This document shows, in pieces, positions 50,486 through 60,088 of a stretch of 64,000 bases of DNA. Position 1 is the first letter of the stretch. Each line of letters begins with the position of its first letter. The position numbers and the translations under genes were made by a program. Origin of the DNA: an uncultured Thermococci archaeon (GTDB taxonomy: Archaea; CAYQAE01; CAYVLA01); NCBI GenBank assembly GCA_964549615.1, contig CAZJVP010000072.1:29312-93311 (forward strand), in the 5' to 3' direction. Under the pieces are notes generated by a model. The model worked only from the letters and a program-made list of their open reading frames with translations, had not been told where the DNA came from and did not search any database.

Positions 50486-52162
50486 GTGCGGAGGCGTAAG
50501 GTGAATCGCACGTCACCCATGGCAGGTCAGCAAATGAAATCGAAGGATCTCTCGGCATCCTGGGGAGTGCAGCTCCATAAGCCCCGGGAGGTCGATCGCA
50601 CCTACGTCGCCGTTAGGGACGGCACCAAGTTGTACGTCGAGGTCTATCGGCCCGATTCACCGGGTAGGTTCCCGGCAATACTTCTCATGAACCCGTACCA
50701 TAACGTCAGCGTGCCGCCGCATTCCAGGACGAAGTCCAACCACATCGAGTTCACCTCCAGGGGATACGCCGTGGTAGAGTCGGAGGTGAGAGGAACCGGC
50801 ATCTCCGAGGGGAAGTTCTTCTTCCTTCGCAATGACGGAAAGGACGGATACGACATCATTCGTTGGATCAGGGATCAGCCTTGGTGCGACGGTAACGTTG
50901 GCCTGATGGGCGCCTCCTACCTCGGAATGGACCAGTTCCCGATCGCCGCCCGCAATCCGCCAGGCCTGAAGGCGATGTTTGTGGGCGTCGCCGGCGCCGA
51001 CCTTTATGGCGATATGGTGTACCCCGGAGGCATATTGAACACGATGATACTCAGGTGGGCGGTCAATCACGCAGCGCACCTCCTGCCGCCTTGGGTTCCG
51101 CAGCTCTTCGATATGCCTCAGGAGATAGACCCTAGGATCTACGAGATGCAGGAGAAGATCCATTGCCAAAGGACGCAGCTCATGATCAAACAAGCGCTCG
51201 AAGGGGGCGGGCTCTACGACAACGACTTCCTCAAGGAATGGATTTCGCATCCCACCGACGGCCCGTTCTGGAGGCAGGACTCCCCATACAACTTCTTCAA
51301 GAGCATCCGCACCCCGGTATACTGCCAGGGGGGCTGGTTCGACTTTTTCATAGCAGGAACGATAAGGAGCTTCGTCGAGATCGATGCACCGAAGAAGCTC
51401 CTCATCGGCCCATGGTTCCACGGCGGAAAGGAAGGGTGCGACCTACTGGGGGTTCAGCTTCGATGGTTTGACTACTGGTTGAAGGGAATCCAGAACGGCA
51501 TCATGGAGGAGCCGCCCGTGCGAGTCTTCGTCATGGGCAAGGACGAATGGAGATTCGAGGATGGTTGGCCTCCAAAGTCTCGGACAATGCGCCTATACCT
51601 GAGGCGTGGAGAGCCGAATCCACGTCATAGCTTGAACGACGGCCTTCTGTCCACGAAGCCCGCGGCTGCGGACGAGGAGCCGGACAGAATCTCGCACGAC
51701 CCAGCAAATCTTGTTCCGAGCGTTGCGTTCAGGAATGCGGACATAAGACGAGCGGAGAGGGCCTGCCTCACCTACACCACCGAGCCCCTCAGCAAGGACA
51801 TCGAGCTGAACGGTAACGTCGAGCTCCTGCTGAACGCATCGACAAACGCGTTCGATGTCGATTGGTTCGCGAAGCTGACCCGCGTGATCCCTGAAGGAGA
51901 TTCGATCGTGATTTCATCTGGAGTCCTGAGAGCTTCCCACCGCCGATCGCACGAGCATCCGCAGAAACTGGTTCCCGGACGCGTCTATGCCATGAGGATC
52001 GTGATGTCCCCTCTCTGCATTCTGATTCCGAAGGGACATCGCTTGAGATTGGACTTGGCCAACAGCGACTTTCCCCACTTCGCGCCGAACCTTGTTGCCT
52101 CTGATAACGAAGTGTATCACGACGCAAGGCATCGGTCTTGCCTGATCTTGAGCGTGAGATAG
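50486..52162 (+). CDS. CocE/NonD-family alpha/beta hydrolase (X-Pro dipeptidyl-peptidase-like)
   Basis: Nucleophile elbow GASYLG. PAILLMNPY N-terminal alpha/beta region. C-terminal beta-sandwich domain. Start may be the internal MKSKDL. Confidence 0.8.
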   Translation: MRRRKVNRTSPMAGQQMKSKDLSASWGVQLHKPREVDRTYVAVRDGTKLYVEVYRPDSPGRFPAILLMNPYHNVSVPPHSRTKSNHIEFTSRGYAVVESEVRGTGISEGKFFFLRNDGKDGYDIIRWIRDQPWCDGNVGLMGASYLGMDQFPIAARNPPGLKAMFVGVAGADLYGDMVYPGGILNTMILRWAVNHAAHLLPPWVPQLFDMPQEIDPRIYEMQEKIHCQRTQLMIKQALEGGGLYDNDFLKEWISHPTDGPFWRQDSPYNFFKSIRTPVYCQGGWFDFFIAGTIRSFVEIDAPKKLLIGPWFHGGKEGCDLLGVQLRWFDYWLKGIQNGIMEEPPVRVFVMGKDEWRFEDGWPPKSRTMRLYLRRGEPNPRHSLNDGLLSTKPAAADEEPDRISHDPANLVPSVAFRNADIRRAERACLTYTTEPLSKDIELNGNVELLLNASTNAFDVDWFAKLTRVIPEGDSIVISSGVLRASHRRSHEHPQKLVPGRVYAMRIVMSPLCILIPKGHRLRLDLANSDFPHFAPNLVASDNEVYHDARHRSCLILSVR

Positions 52163-52629
52163 AATCGATTCTGAGCGGCGCGACGGCATAGAAAGGAAAA
52201 CATCACGGTCGAGAAGAAAAGGGAACAATTTTATAGCGAGGCGCGCACAAGTTGGCCCGTAACTCGAATGCAAACAGGGAGAGATGCGTGAGACCTCACA
52301 GCAGAGAATGCGCGAAGGTCGTCATCATTCTCATCCAAGAGGCAGATGATAGCAGGCGAGTATGCATTCCCAATTTGGGCGGTCGATGAACTTCTTACTG
52401 ACGACCACGCCCAATCAGATCACGCAGAGCCAAAGGCTCCTGATGAGCATGTCCTACCACACGCGCTCGGCAGGGCGCGGCAGGCGCCACATCTTCGATT
52501 CTCGGACTGCCTTGCACCGCTCGCCGGACCAGGTCGCTCGTCCGATTCCTGCCGCTAGGCGCGGTTCGCATCTGGAAGGTATCACGCTAACTGGGTGTTT
52601 GATGGGAGACCCAGGGAAGGGTTGGAAAG

Positions 52630-54825
52630 ATGGAAGGAAGTGAAGACGATTCCGATCCGGGCAGTAGTCTTGGTAGCGGGAGCGTTAACAGCAAAAGTAA
52701 TGGGGAAAACAACGGGAACGGTTCGGTGTATGAGAGGCTGAGGCAGCTCGGCGCAAACATGGACGAGATAGATCGGGTGAAAAGGAAATACCCGATGAAG
52801 ATCACGAGGTACTACCTCAGCCTCATAGAGCACAAGGGCGATCCCATATGGAAGCAGGCGGTGCCTGCCGCTGAGGAACTCGAGGACAATTTCAACGTAG
52901 AAGATCCTCTCAGGGAGGAGGTGCATACCCCTGTCCCCTGCCTTGTGCACAAGTACCCTGACAGGGTGCTCTTACTGGCAAGCAGCTTGTGTGCGATGTA
53001 CTGCAGGTTCTGCACCAGGAAGAGGAAGGTAGGCAGGATACAGCAGATTCCGATGGAGGACATCTTCCGCGCGATAGATTACATCAAGGAGCACAAGGAG
53101 GTGAGGGACGTCATCGTGTCGGGCGGCGATCCGCTCATGAGGCCCGACGACGAGATAGAGGAGATACTCAAGAGATTGAGGCAGATCCCGCACGTCGAGA
53201 TCATCAGGATAGGGACGAGGATGCCGTGTGTTGCGCCCCAGAGAATCACCCCCCGGCTGGTGGGCATGCTCAAGAAGTACCATCCACTTTTCGTGAACGT
53301 TCACTTCAACCATCCGAGGGAGATCACCCCGGAATCATCGGCGGCCTTGAACCTGCTTGCGGACGCAGGCATACCACTGGGCAGTCAGACGGTATTGCTG
53401 AGGGGCGTCAACGACGATCCACATGTCATGATGGAACTCATGCACCGGTTGATCAAAAACCGCGTCAAGCCCTATTACATCTACCAGTGTGACCTCGTGA
53501 AGGGCGTCGAACACTTCAGGACGCCTGTCCAGACGGGCATCGAGATAATCAGAAGCCTCCAAGGCTTCACGTCGGGTCTCTGCGTTCCCCACTTCGTGAT
53601 AGACGGGCCGGGAGGCAAGGTGCCGGTTTCGCCCCAGTACGTCAAAGAGATAACGCCCGACCAGATAGTGGTCACCAACTTCATGAACAACCTCTATACC
53701 TACCCGGGGCTGGTACGAAATCAGGAGAAGCAACTGGCGAACAAGAAGGTGAAGAGGATCGGGATCGCGTTCAACCTGAAGAAGGAGTTGGGCAAGACGG
53801 ACAGGTTCGACAAGTACTCGGAATTCGATGACCTCGAAACCATAAACGCGATAAGGTTGGCCATCGAGAAGGCTGGGTACGACGTGGTCCTGCTAGAGGC
53901 CGACCGGGACTTCACGTTCAACCTCAGGGAGGCTAACGTCGACTTCGTTTTCAACATCGCCGAGGGCATTCAGGGGGAGTGCAGGGAATCCCATGTCCCC
54001 GCCATACTCGAGATGTTCAACATCCCGTACACCGGGTCGGGCGTCCTGACGCAGGCGATAACGCTCAACAAGAGCAGGAAGAAGGAGATACTCAGCTACT
54101 ACGGCATACCGACCCCGAGGTGGCAGATATTCAGGAATACCAACCAGAAGCTCGATCCACTGCTTTCATTTCCGCTCATAGTGAAGCCCGATGCGGAGGG
54201 CTCGAGCGTAGGCATAACGAACGACAGCCTAGTCTTCGATGCAATATCGCTGAAGAAGCAGGTCAGCAAGATACTCAGGGAGTACAAGCAACCGGCGCTC
54301 GTTGAGGAGTATGTCGATGGCAGGGAGTTCACGGTGTCGCTCCTTGGCAACCCCCCCAAGGTCCTGCCCATCATCGAGATAAACTTTGACCATCTCCCGG
54401 ATGGCCTGCACAAGTTCGATTCCTGGGAGGCGAAATGGATATACGATAATCCCAGCAGCCCCATCGATCCCTTGATCGTCCCGGCTGACCTGAAGCCCAA
54501 GCTGAAGGCGCAGATCGAAAGGGTCGCCAAGCAGACGTTCGAGAAGCTCGGGTGCGTCGACCTAGCGAGAATAGACATACGGCTGAACCGCGAAGGAGTG
54601 CCTTACGTCCTGGATGTGAACGCCCTCCCGGGACTCATGCCAGATCCGAAGAAGAACTCCAGATTCCCAAGGTCCTGCTATGCTGCGGGGATGACGTACG
54701 ACGACATCATACTTGCCATCCTCCATTCCGCAATGAAGAGGTATAACCTGCTTCTTGAGCCCGTGAGGGAGCCTGCCAGCGCCAGGAACGGGAAGACGGC
54801 GCCCCTAGAGGGTGAGGCCGGCTGA
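52630..54825 (+). CDS. fusion protein: KamA-family radical-SAM 2,3-aminomutase (N) + D-Ala-D-Ala-ligase-type ATP-grasp (C)
   Basis: Low-complexity N-terminus, then KamA-family features (KYPMKITRYYLSLIE, CAMYCRFC = CxxxCxxC, VSGGDPL). C-half has Ddl-like motifs IGIAFNLKKE, IPYTGSG, LIVKPDAEGSSVGI, EEYVDGREFTV, LDVNALPG. Confidence 0.85.
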   Translation: MEGSEDDSDPGSSLGSGSVNSKSNGENNGNGSVYERLRQLGANMDEIDRVKRKYPMKITRYYLSLIEHKGDPIWKQAVPAAEELEDNFNVEDPLREEVHTPVPCLVHKYPDRVLLLASSLCAMYCRFCTRKRKVGRIQQIPMEDIFRAIDYIKEHKEVRDVIVSGGDPLMRPDDEIEEILKRLRQIPHVEIIRIGTRMPCVAPQRITPRLVGMLKKYHPLFVNVHFNHPREITPESSAALNLLADAGIPLGSQTVLLRGVNDDPHVMMELMHRLIKNRVKPYYIYQCDLVKGVEHFRTPVQTGIEIIRSLQGFTSGLCVPHFVIDGPGGKVPVSPQYVKEITPDQIVVTNFMNNLYTYPGLVRNQEKQLANKKVKRIGIAFNLKKELGKTDRFDKYSEFDDLETINAIRLAIEKAGYDVVLLEADRDFTFNLREANVDFVFNIAEGIQGECRESHVPAILEMFNIPYTGSGVLTQAITLNKSRKKEILSYYGIPTPRWQIFRNTNQKLDPLLSFPLIVKPDAEGSSVGITNDSLVFDAISLKKQVSKILREYKQPALVEEYVDGREFTVSLLGNPPKVLPIIEINFDHLPDGLHKFDSWEAKWIYDNPSSPIDPLIVPADLKPKLKAQIERVAKQTFEKLGCVDLARIDIRLNREGVPYVLDVNALPGLMPDPKKNSRFPRSCYAAGMTYDDIILAILHSAMKRYNLLLEPVREPASARNGKTAPLEGEAG

Positions 54826-54889
54826 GCCTGGCCTCAGCCTTCTCGTGAAGATTCTTATATCCCCCGGGCCAAATCAGGGGCGACCAGGG

Positions 54890-56500
54890 ATGAAGGTAGG
54901 TATCCTCTACAACGTGGTTGAGACCGTGGAGAGGGGCCTGGACAGCGACAAACAGTCGGATAATGAGATACTGGAGGTTCAACAGCACGTGCGGGCAGCC
55001 CTCCAGGACGATCATGATGTTATCCCCGTCAAGGTCACTAGGACCATCTTCACGCGGTTGGACAAGGAAAGCTTCGATATCATATTCAACCTATGTGAAG
55101 GGTACATGGGAAACGTCCATGGAGAATCATGGATAGCCGGGTTCCTTGACCTTCTGGGAATACCCTACACTGGCTCGGACGCGTTCACCCTGGGGCTCTG
55201 CCTTGACAAGGCGAGAACGAAGGACGTCCTCCGGGCGAACGGGATTCCGACCCCTAGCTACCAGGTCTTTCAGCAGGCAGAGGATCCCCTCCAACAGGAC
55301 ATGAAGTTCCCCCTGATTGTCAAGCCGCTCCACGAGGACGGGAGCGTCGGCATAGACCAAGACTCCGTCGTGCTGAACGAGGAGAAGCTGAGGGCCCGGG
55401 TCGCCTACGTGATCAAGACCTACCGGCAGCCCGCTCTCGTTGAGGAGTTCGTGGATGGTAGAGAGCTAAACGTCGCGATAATGGGCAATCCGCCCGACTT
55501 GGAGGTTCTCCCGATATCTGAGATAATCTTCAACATGAAGGAAGGGAACCACAAGATAGTGGATTTCAACGCCAAGTGGGTTGCGACATCGGAAACCTAC
55601 AAGTCGACCGTGGGAGTTTGCCCCGCTGAGCTGGACAAGGATCTGGAGCAGAGGGTCAAGGACATTGCAGTGAGGGCCTACATTCTAACGAGGTGCAGGG
55701 ACTACGCAAGGGTAGATTTGAGGGTTAGGGATGGCGTCCCTTACGTATTGGAGGTGAATCCGAACCCTGGGTTGGACCATGACGGCGGGTTCGCAAGGAG
55801 CGCGAGGGCAAGCGGATTGGACTACAACCAGATGATAAAGAAGATACTGCAATTGGCAGTCGTTCGAACGAAGGCACGCTCCAAAGAACGATCCCGCAAG
55901 AAAAGGTTCGAAACGGACACGCTGAGGGCGCGGGAGGTCCGCCTCGAGGACATCCCCGTGCTCCTCCAGTGGTTCAACGACACGGTCATATCGAAGTTCA
56001 TGGACGACCCCGGCTCGATCGAGACGGAGGAAAGCCTCATAGAGAAGTTCTTCGTGAAGATTCCCAACGACATAGACCTGCTGGTAGAGGCGAAGGCGAC
56101 GGGCAAACCACTCGGGTACTGCTCTATCTATGACATAGACAGGGTGAACGACAGCGCGGAGATATCGTTTCTCATAGGTGATGGCGAGCAACGTGGGAGA
56201 GGCTACGGCAACGAGATCGTCAGACTTATAGTCCGCATCTGCTTTGAGAGCCTCGGTCTCAACAGGGTCATAGCGTCGGCCACCACGGAGAACATTATGT
56301 CGATCAAGGCACTTCAGGCAGCAGGGTTCAGGAGGGTGGGCCTCCTCAGGGAATACCAGGTGGTGGACGGGAAGAGGTATGACGAGGTGCTTTTTGAGAT
56401 GCTCAAGGAGGACTATCTGAAGCTCCAACCGACAGCCCAACCCTCGACACAAACCCCGACACAAACCCCGACACAGGTCCCCCAAGCAACAGTCCGGTGA
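54890..56500 (+). CDS. fusion protein: D-Ala-D-Ala-ligase-type ATP-grasp (N) + GNAT acetyltransferase (C)
   Basis: Ddl-like motifs VGILYNV, IPYTGSD, LIVKPLHEDGSVGI, EEFVDGRELNV, LEVNPNPG, paralogous to the C-half of the upstream gene. GNAT motif A (QRGRGYGNEIV). TQTPTQTPTQ low-complexity tail. Confidence 0.8.
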   Translation: MKVGILYNVVETVERGLDSDKQSDNEILEVQQHVRAALQDDHDVIPVKVTRTIFTRLDKESFDIIFNLCEGYMGNVHGESWIAGFLDLLGIPYTGSDAFTLGLCLDKARTKDVLRANGIPTPSYQVFQQAEDPLQQDMKFPLIVKPLHEDGSVGIDQDSVVLNEEKLRARVAYVIKTYRQPALVEEFVDGRELNVAIMGNPPDLEVLPISEIIFNMKEGNHKIVDFNAKWVATSETYKSTVGVCPAELDKDLEQRVKDIAVRAYILTRCRDYARVDLRVRDGVPYVLEVNPNPGLDHDGGFARSARASGLDYNQMIKKILQLAVVRTKARSKERSRKKRFETDTLRAREVRLEDIPVLLQWFNDTVISKFMDDPGSIETEESLIEKFFVKIPNDIDLLVEAKATGKPLGYCSIYDIDRVNDSAEISFLIGDGEQRGRGYGNEIVRLIVRICFESLGLNRVIASATTENIMSIKALQAAGFRRVGLLREYQVVDGKRYDEVLFEMLKEDYLKLQPTAQPSTQTPTQTPTQVPQATVR

Positions 56501-56679
56501 AAAGAGTAGCGGGAATGTCCTTGGATCGGTCTACCGACCCTGGGCAATGGGGGGCCGTTCGTGAGATCGCGTGTCGGGGTTAGCACGCAACCACGGGGGC
56601 GAGGCCCTGCAAAGCAAGGACGCGGGACGCAGCGAGGAAACGTTTTAAGTCGGCGGCCTTTGCGTACCTCGAACGAAGG

Positions 56680-57894
56680 ATGAGAACATTGGGCTGCTTC
56701 TGTTCCGCCAAGCATGTTTGGATCCTGGTAGCCTTACTTCTTGTGATCTGGCTGGCCCCTGCGGTCCCGGGCGCCAAGGAGGATCTGAGGATCAACTGTT
56801 TCCTGCTGGGCTCGGTCTTGCGGGGAATCTGTCCCCTTCCAGAGTATTTCTCTGAGGACCCCCTCTTCACGTACGAATCCGACCCTCAACAGGCCGGTCT
56901 CTCACTAGAGGAGAGGAAGAGGCTCGATCGCCTTTACTTCCCGCGCAACAAGCAGACCCTGATCACCAAGTTTGACATGTACTTCGTCTACGACCCCCGC
57001 CTTGACCATTTCACGCCGAGACAGTTCATGGACCTCTATGAAGCATCTGTCGAGGAGGGGATGCCCTCGCTTTGGGCCTTCGGGCCTTCATATGGCTACA
57101 TCTGCCAGACCATCCTTAACGACGTCCTGCCCATATCAGCCTACGATGGCTACTACCACAAACCTTGGCACGTGGTATTCCGCAGGAATTTGGAGCCCGT
57201 TTTCACGCCTTTCATCGAGCTCGGGATGGAGAGAGTGCCAGGGGAGGCCTACGGTCGGATGCAGCCGCGCCAGGGCACGGTCACCTGGGCGGACATGAAG
57301 CCCTTCGATCTCCCTTGGATGGTTTCCTGGAGGCCCGGGCCAAAGGGAGGGCTGTCGTGGGTCTGCGCCGACGAGTTCAACGTGGTTTGGTGGGCCCTGA
57401 CCTTGGAGACTAGGGGTATGAATCCCTACGCCATAGACCTCATGACCAACTTGGTCCTTTACTCCCTGAACAGGCCGTTGATAAGTGACATCCAGCTCAG
57501 GCGTAACGCTAGGGCGAGGCTTTCGAGCTTCAGGTCCGAGGTGATCGGCATACTCTCGATGTTGGAGTTCGCGGACAAGTTCGGAGCCAACACCATCCCG
57601 CTATCAAAGAGGATCGCGGAGTTGGAATCCGACGTTCAGGATGCGCGGGACAGGTACCTCGAGCAGGACTACGCGAATTCGATAAGCCTCACCGAGGCAG
57701 CATCACAGACCCTCGCGAAGATAGGAACCGATGCTGTGCGCCTGAAGGATCAGGCGCTCTTCTGGGTTTTCGTGTCCGAGTGGCTTACCGTAACCGCGGC
57801 ATCCTTGTTCGGCGGAGCAGTAGTGTGGACGCTGATGATCCGCAGAAAGATGTACAGAGCCGTCAAGGTAACTAGGGTCAAGCCAAGCTACTGA
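56680..57894 (+). CDS. paralog 4 of the secreted, C-terminally membrane-anchored protein family
   Basis: Signal peptide HVWILVALLLVIWLAPAVPGA. Motif LYFPRNKQTL. C-terminus LFWVFVSEW...TLMIRRKMYRAV. Confidence 0.7.
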   Translation: MRTLGCFCSAKHVWILVALLLVIWLAPAVPGAKEDLRINCFLLGSVLRGICPLPEYFSEDPLFTYESDPQQAGLSLEERKRLDRLYFPRNKQTLITKFDMYFVYDPRLDHFTPRQFMDLYEASVEEGMPSLWAFGPSYGYICQTILNDVLPISAYDGYYHKPWHVVFRRNLEPVFTPFIELGMERVPGEAYGRMQPRQGTVTWADMKPFDLPWMVSWRPGPKGGLSWVCADEFNVVWWALTLETRGMNPYAIDLMTNLVLYSLNRPLISDIQLRRNARARLSSFRSEVIGILSMLEFADKFGANTIPLSKRIAELESDVQDARDRYLEQDYANSISLTEAASQTLAKIGTDAVRLKDQALFWVFVSEWLTVTAASLFGGAVVWTLMIRRKMYRAVKVTRVKPSY

Positions 57895-57967
57895 GGCTAG
57901 CGCTGCCAACTGGCAGATAGAGGGCCGGTCCTGCCGCGAGCAGCCCCGGTTGACGAAGCCCCTCGAC

Positions 57968-59200
57968 CTACAATTCCCTGGGATCAACGATCATCAGGGA
58001 CGCCTCGTGGACCCACTTAGGGTCTGTGTCGGACTTCAACAGGCCACCGAAGTAGAGCCTCCCATCCTTCCCCGTGCAGGCAGCAAAGACAGCAAACGCG
58101 TATACGCCCTCGATTCCGGACCACATCTCGCCGCAGTCCCGCTTCTCAGACTTCTTGGGATCGTAGCAGATAAGGTGAGCGGGTTTGCCTTTCACTGGAG
58201 CTATGTAATAGACCTTTCCGTCCTTGCCGTAAGTGATGGCATGGTAGAGTTCTGACTCGGACGTAGAGGTTTCCTCCACCACGCCGCCCCTGCCAAGGTC
58301 CCTGAGCCGTCCCTCACCGCGCGAACCTGCGACGTACTCGAAGAGATAACCTCCGAGACGAACCATCTTCTCGCCCTGATCAAGCAAGGTGGAAAGCCCG
58401 TAGAGCCTTCCCCGAGCCGGGTCGGTGCAGAGGGCAAAGACGCTAATCAGGTCGGCCTCATGGCCACCATTTGGCACCCTCAGCCCAAGCTTTTCGATCC
58501 GCTTCTCTTCTGGGTCGTAGCGAAGGAGATAGCCCTTGTCGTCGAAGGTGTACGCGCGGCCATCCGAGAGATAGGCCACGGTCCGGGTTGGGTACTTTCC
58601 GATGCTCCCCTTCACCTCGGTCACCCGGGTGGCGATGTCGTACTCTATAAGCATTGCCCCCTTGTGGGTCGTTGCACAGAGCTTCGTGCCCTCCGGGTCA
58701 ACGGCCAGGCCCATCAGGGACTCGCCAGGAACCGCTATCCCCAAGTCCTCCATCCTGTCCGCGGATGGGTCGTAACTCACCCAGTGACCCCCCGGGTAGC
58801 CCTCCGAAAACCTGTCCTTGTACTCGGGAGGAACGTAGTCCCTCTCCACGCTATGGGTGCCAAAATAGGCCTTGCCGTCCCGGCAGAAAACGATTGGGGT
58901 GTGTATCTTTGACTGGGCACATACCCTATCCATGCCCCGCTGGCCCGTTACATCCTGCATATCGCCGAGATCATACATCTTGTCCTCATCCGGATCGTAG
59001 CGGACGAGATGAGCGCCTCCCGGTTTGTCGGCGAGCTTGAACGCGAAGGCGTAGTCGCAGACCCCAGTGTAGATGTCCCCATCTGGTGAAGTGCCCATGG
59101 CACTGTAGATGTGCCAGGACCCGGGTCCGAGCCCAAACGAGCGGACCTCCACATGCACCGTCAAGGAAGCCCTCCAGCGCCCCACCTCATCCGGGATCAT
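57968..59200 (-). CDS. beta-propeller repeat protein (hypothetical)
   Basis: Repeated (L/Y)(R/I)YDP…G and YYIAP/YFGG blade-like units. 410 aa. Confidence 0.55.
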   Translation of the reverse strand: MIPDEVGRWRASLTVHVEVRSFGLGPGSWHIYSAMGTSPDGDIYTGVCDYAFAFKLADKPGGAHLVRYDPDEDKMYDLGDMQDVTGQRGMDRVCAQSKIHTPIVFCRDGKAYFGTHSVERDYVPPEYKDRFSEGYPGGHWVSYDPSADRMEDLGIAVPGESLMGLAVDPEGTKLCATTHKGAMLIEYDIATRVTEVKGSIGKYPTRTVAYLSDGRAYTFDDKGYLLRYDPEEKRIEKLGLRVPNGGHEADLISVFALCTDPARGRLYGLSTLLDQGEKMVRLGGYLFEYVAGSRGEGRLRDLGRGGVVEETSTSESELYHAITYGKDGKVYYIAPVKGKPAHLICYDPKKSEKRDCGEMWSGIEGVYAFAVFAACTGKDGRLYFGGLLKSDTDPKWVHEASLMIVDPREL

Positions 59201-59250
59201 TTTTAAATCTGCACTTTTGGTGGAGGCGGCAACCGAAGGAGGAAGGCGCT

Positions 59251-60060
59251 GTGGTTTTCATGATAGCTCACAGGGGGGCAAACAAGTTCGCGCCCGAGAA
59301 TACGATTCCCGCCTACGAGAAGGCAATCGAGATGGGCATGGACTACATAGAGATGGATGTCCATTCCACCAAGGATGGGTACCTAGTCATGTCACACGAC
59401 TGGACCGTTGACAGGATGACGAATGGGCATGGCAGGATCGGCGAGATGACGCTGGAGCAGATCAAGAGCCTCGATGCCGGGGTCAAATTTAGCCCCGAGT
59501 TCAAGGGCACCAGGATTCCCACACTGGACGAAGCTCTCGAGACATGCAAAGGCAGGATCAAGGTCTACCTGGATCTAAAGGGAGCGCCGGTGCCCGCCGT
59601 AATCGAGGCGCTTGACAGGCACGGAATGATACCGGACACCGTTGTCTATTCATCGATCCGGGTCCTGGTGGAGATCAAGAAGCTACGGCCGGATCTGGCG
59701 GTGATGCCGGGGCCGGACGGTTGGCTTCGCCTGCCGGGCCTCGCGGCCCTGGTCGTCAAGACGCTCCCCGCCGAGGTCATGGACTCAAACCTCGTTGAGT
59801 GGACCAAGGAGAGGGTCGATGAGGTGCACGCAGCGGGCGGACTCGTCTTCGTCGACACCTTAGGGATCAAAGACAACAAAGAGGGGATGATGGAGGCCAT
59901 AGAGATGGGCGTCGATGGGATAGACACGGATCACCCCGATGTTTTGCTCCAAGTCGTGGATGAGCTTGGGCTTCGACGGCCGAGAGGCCGCGGGCGGGAG
60001 GGTGGCCTCCGATCGCAAGCCCAAGCCGCGCCCAAGAGCGGGGGGCGATCAAGAACCTAA
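59251..60060 (+). CDS. glycerophosphodiester phosphodiesterase (GDPD family)
   Basis: Catalytic motifs IAHRGA and EMDVHSTKDG. GTG 59251 or ATG 59260 preceded by AAGGAGGAAGG. Confidence 0.8.
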   Translation: MVFMIAHRGANKFAPENTIPAYEKAIEMGMDYIEMDVHSTKDGYLVMSHDWTVDRMTNGHGRIGEMTLEQIKSLDAGVKFSPEFKGTRIPTLDEALETCKGRIKVYLDLKGAPVPAVIEALDRHGMIPDTVVYSSIRVLVEIKKLRPDLAVMPGPDGWLRLPGLAALVVKTLPAEVMDSNLVEWTKERVDEVHAAGGLVFVDTLGIKDNKEGMMEAIEMGVDGIDTDHPDVLLQVVDELGLRRPRGRGREGGLRSQAQAAPKSGGRSRT

Positions 60061-60088
60061 TAAGCGAGCTCGTTGGTTGGGCCCTCCC

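Noticed and set aside
50657-51421. 254-aa minus ORF
   Set aside because: Antisense to the CocE/NonD hydrolase gene.
55685-56485. 266-aa minus ORF
   Set aside because: Antisense to the ATP-grasp::GNAT gene.
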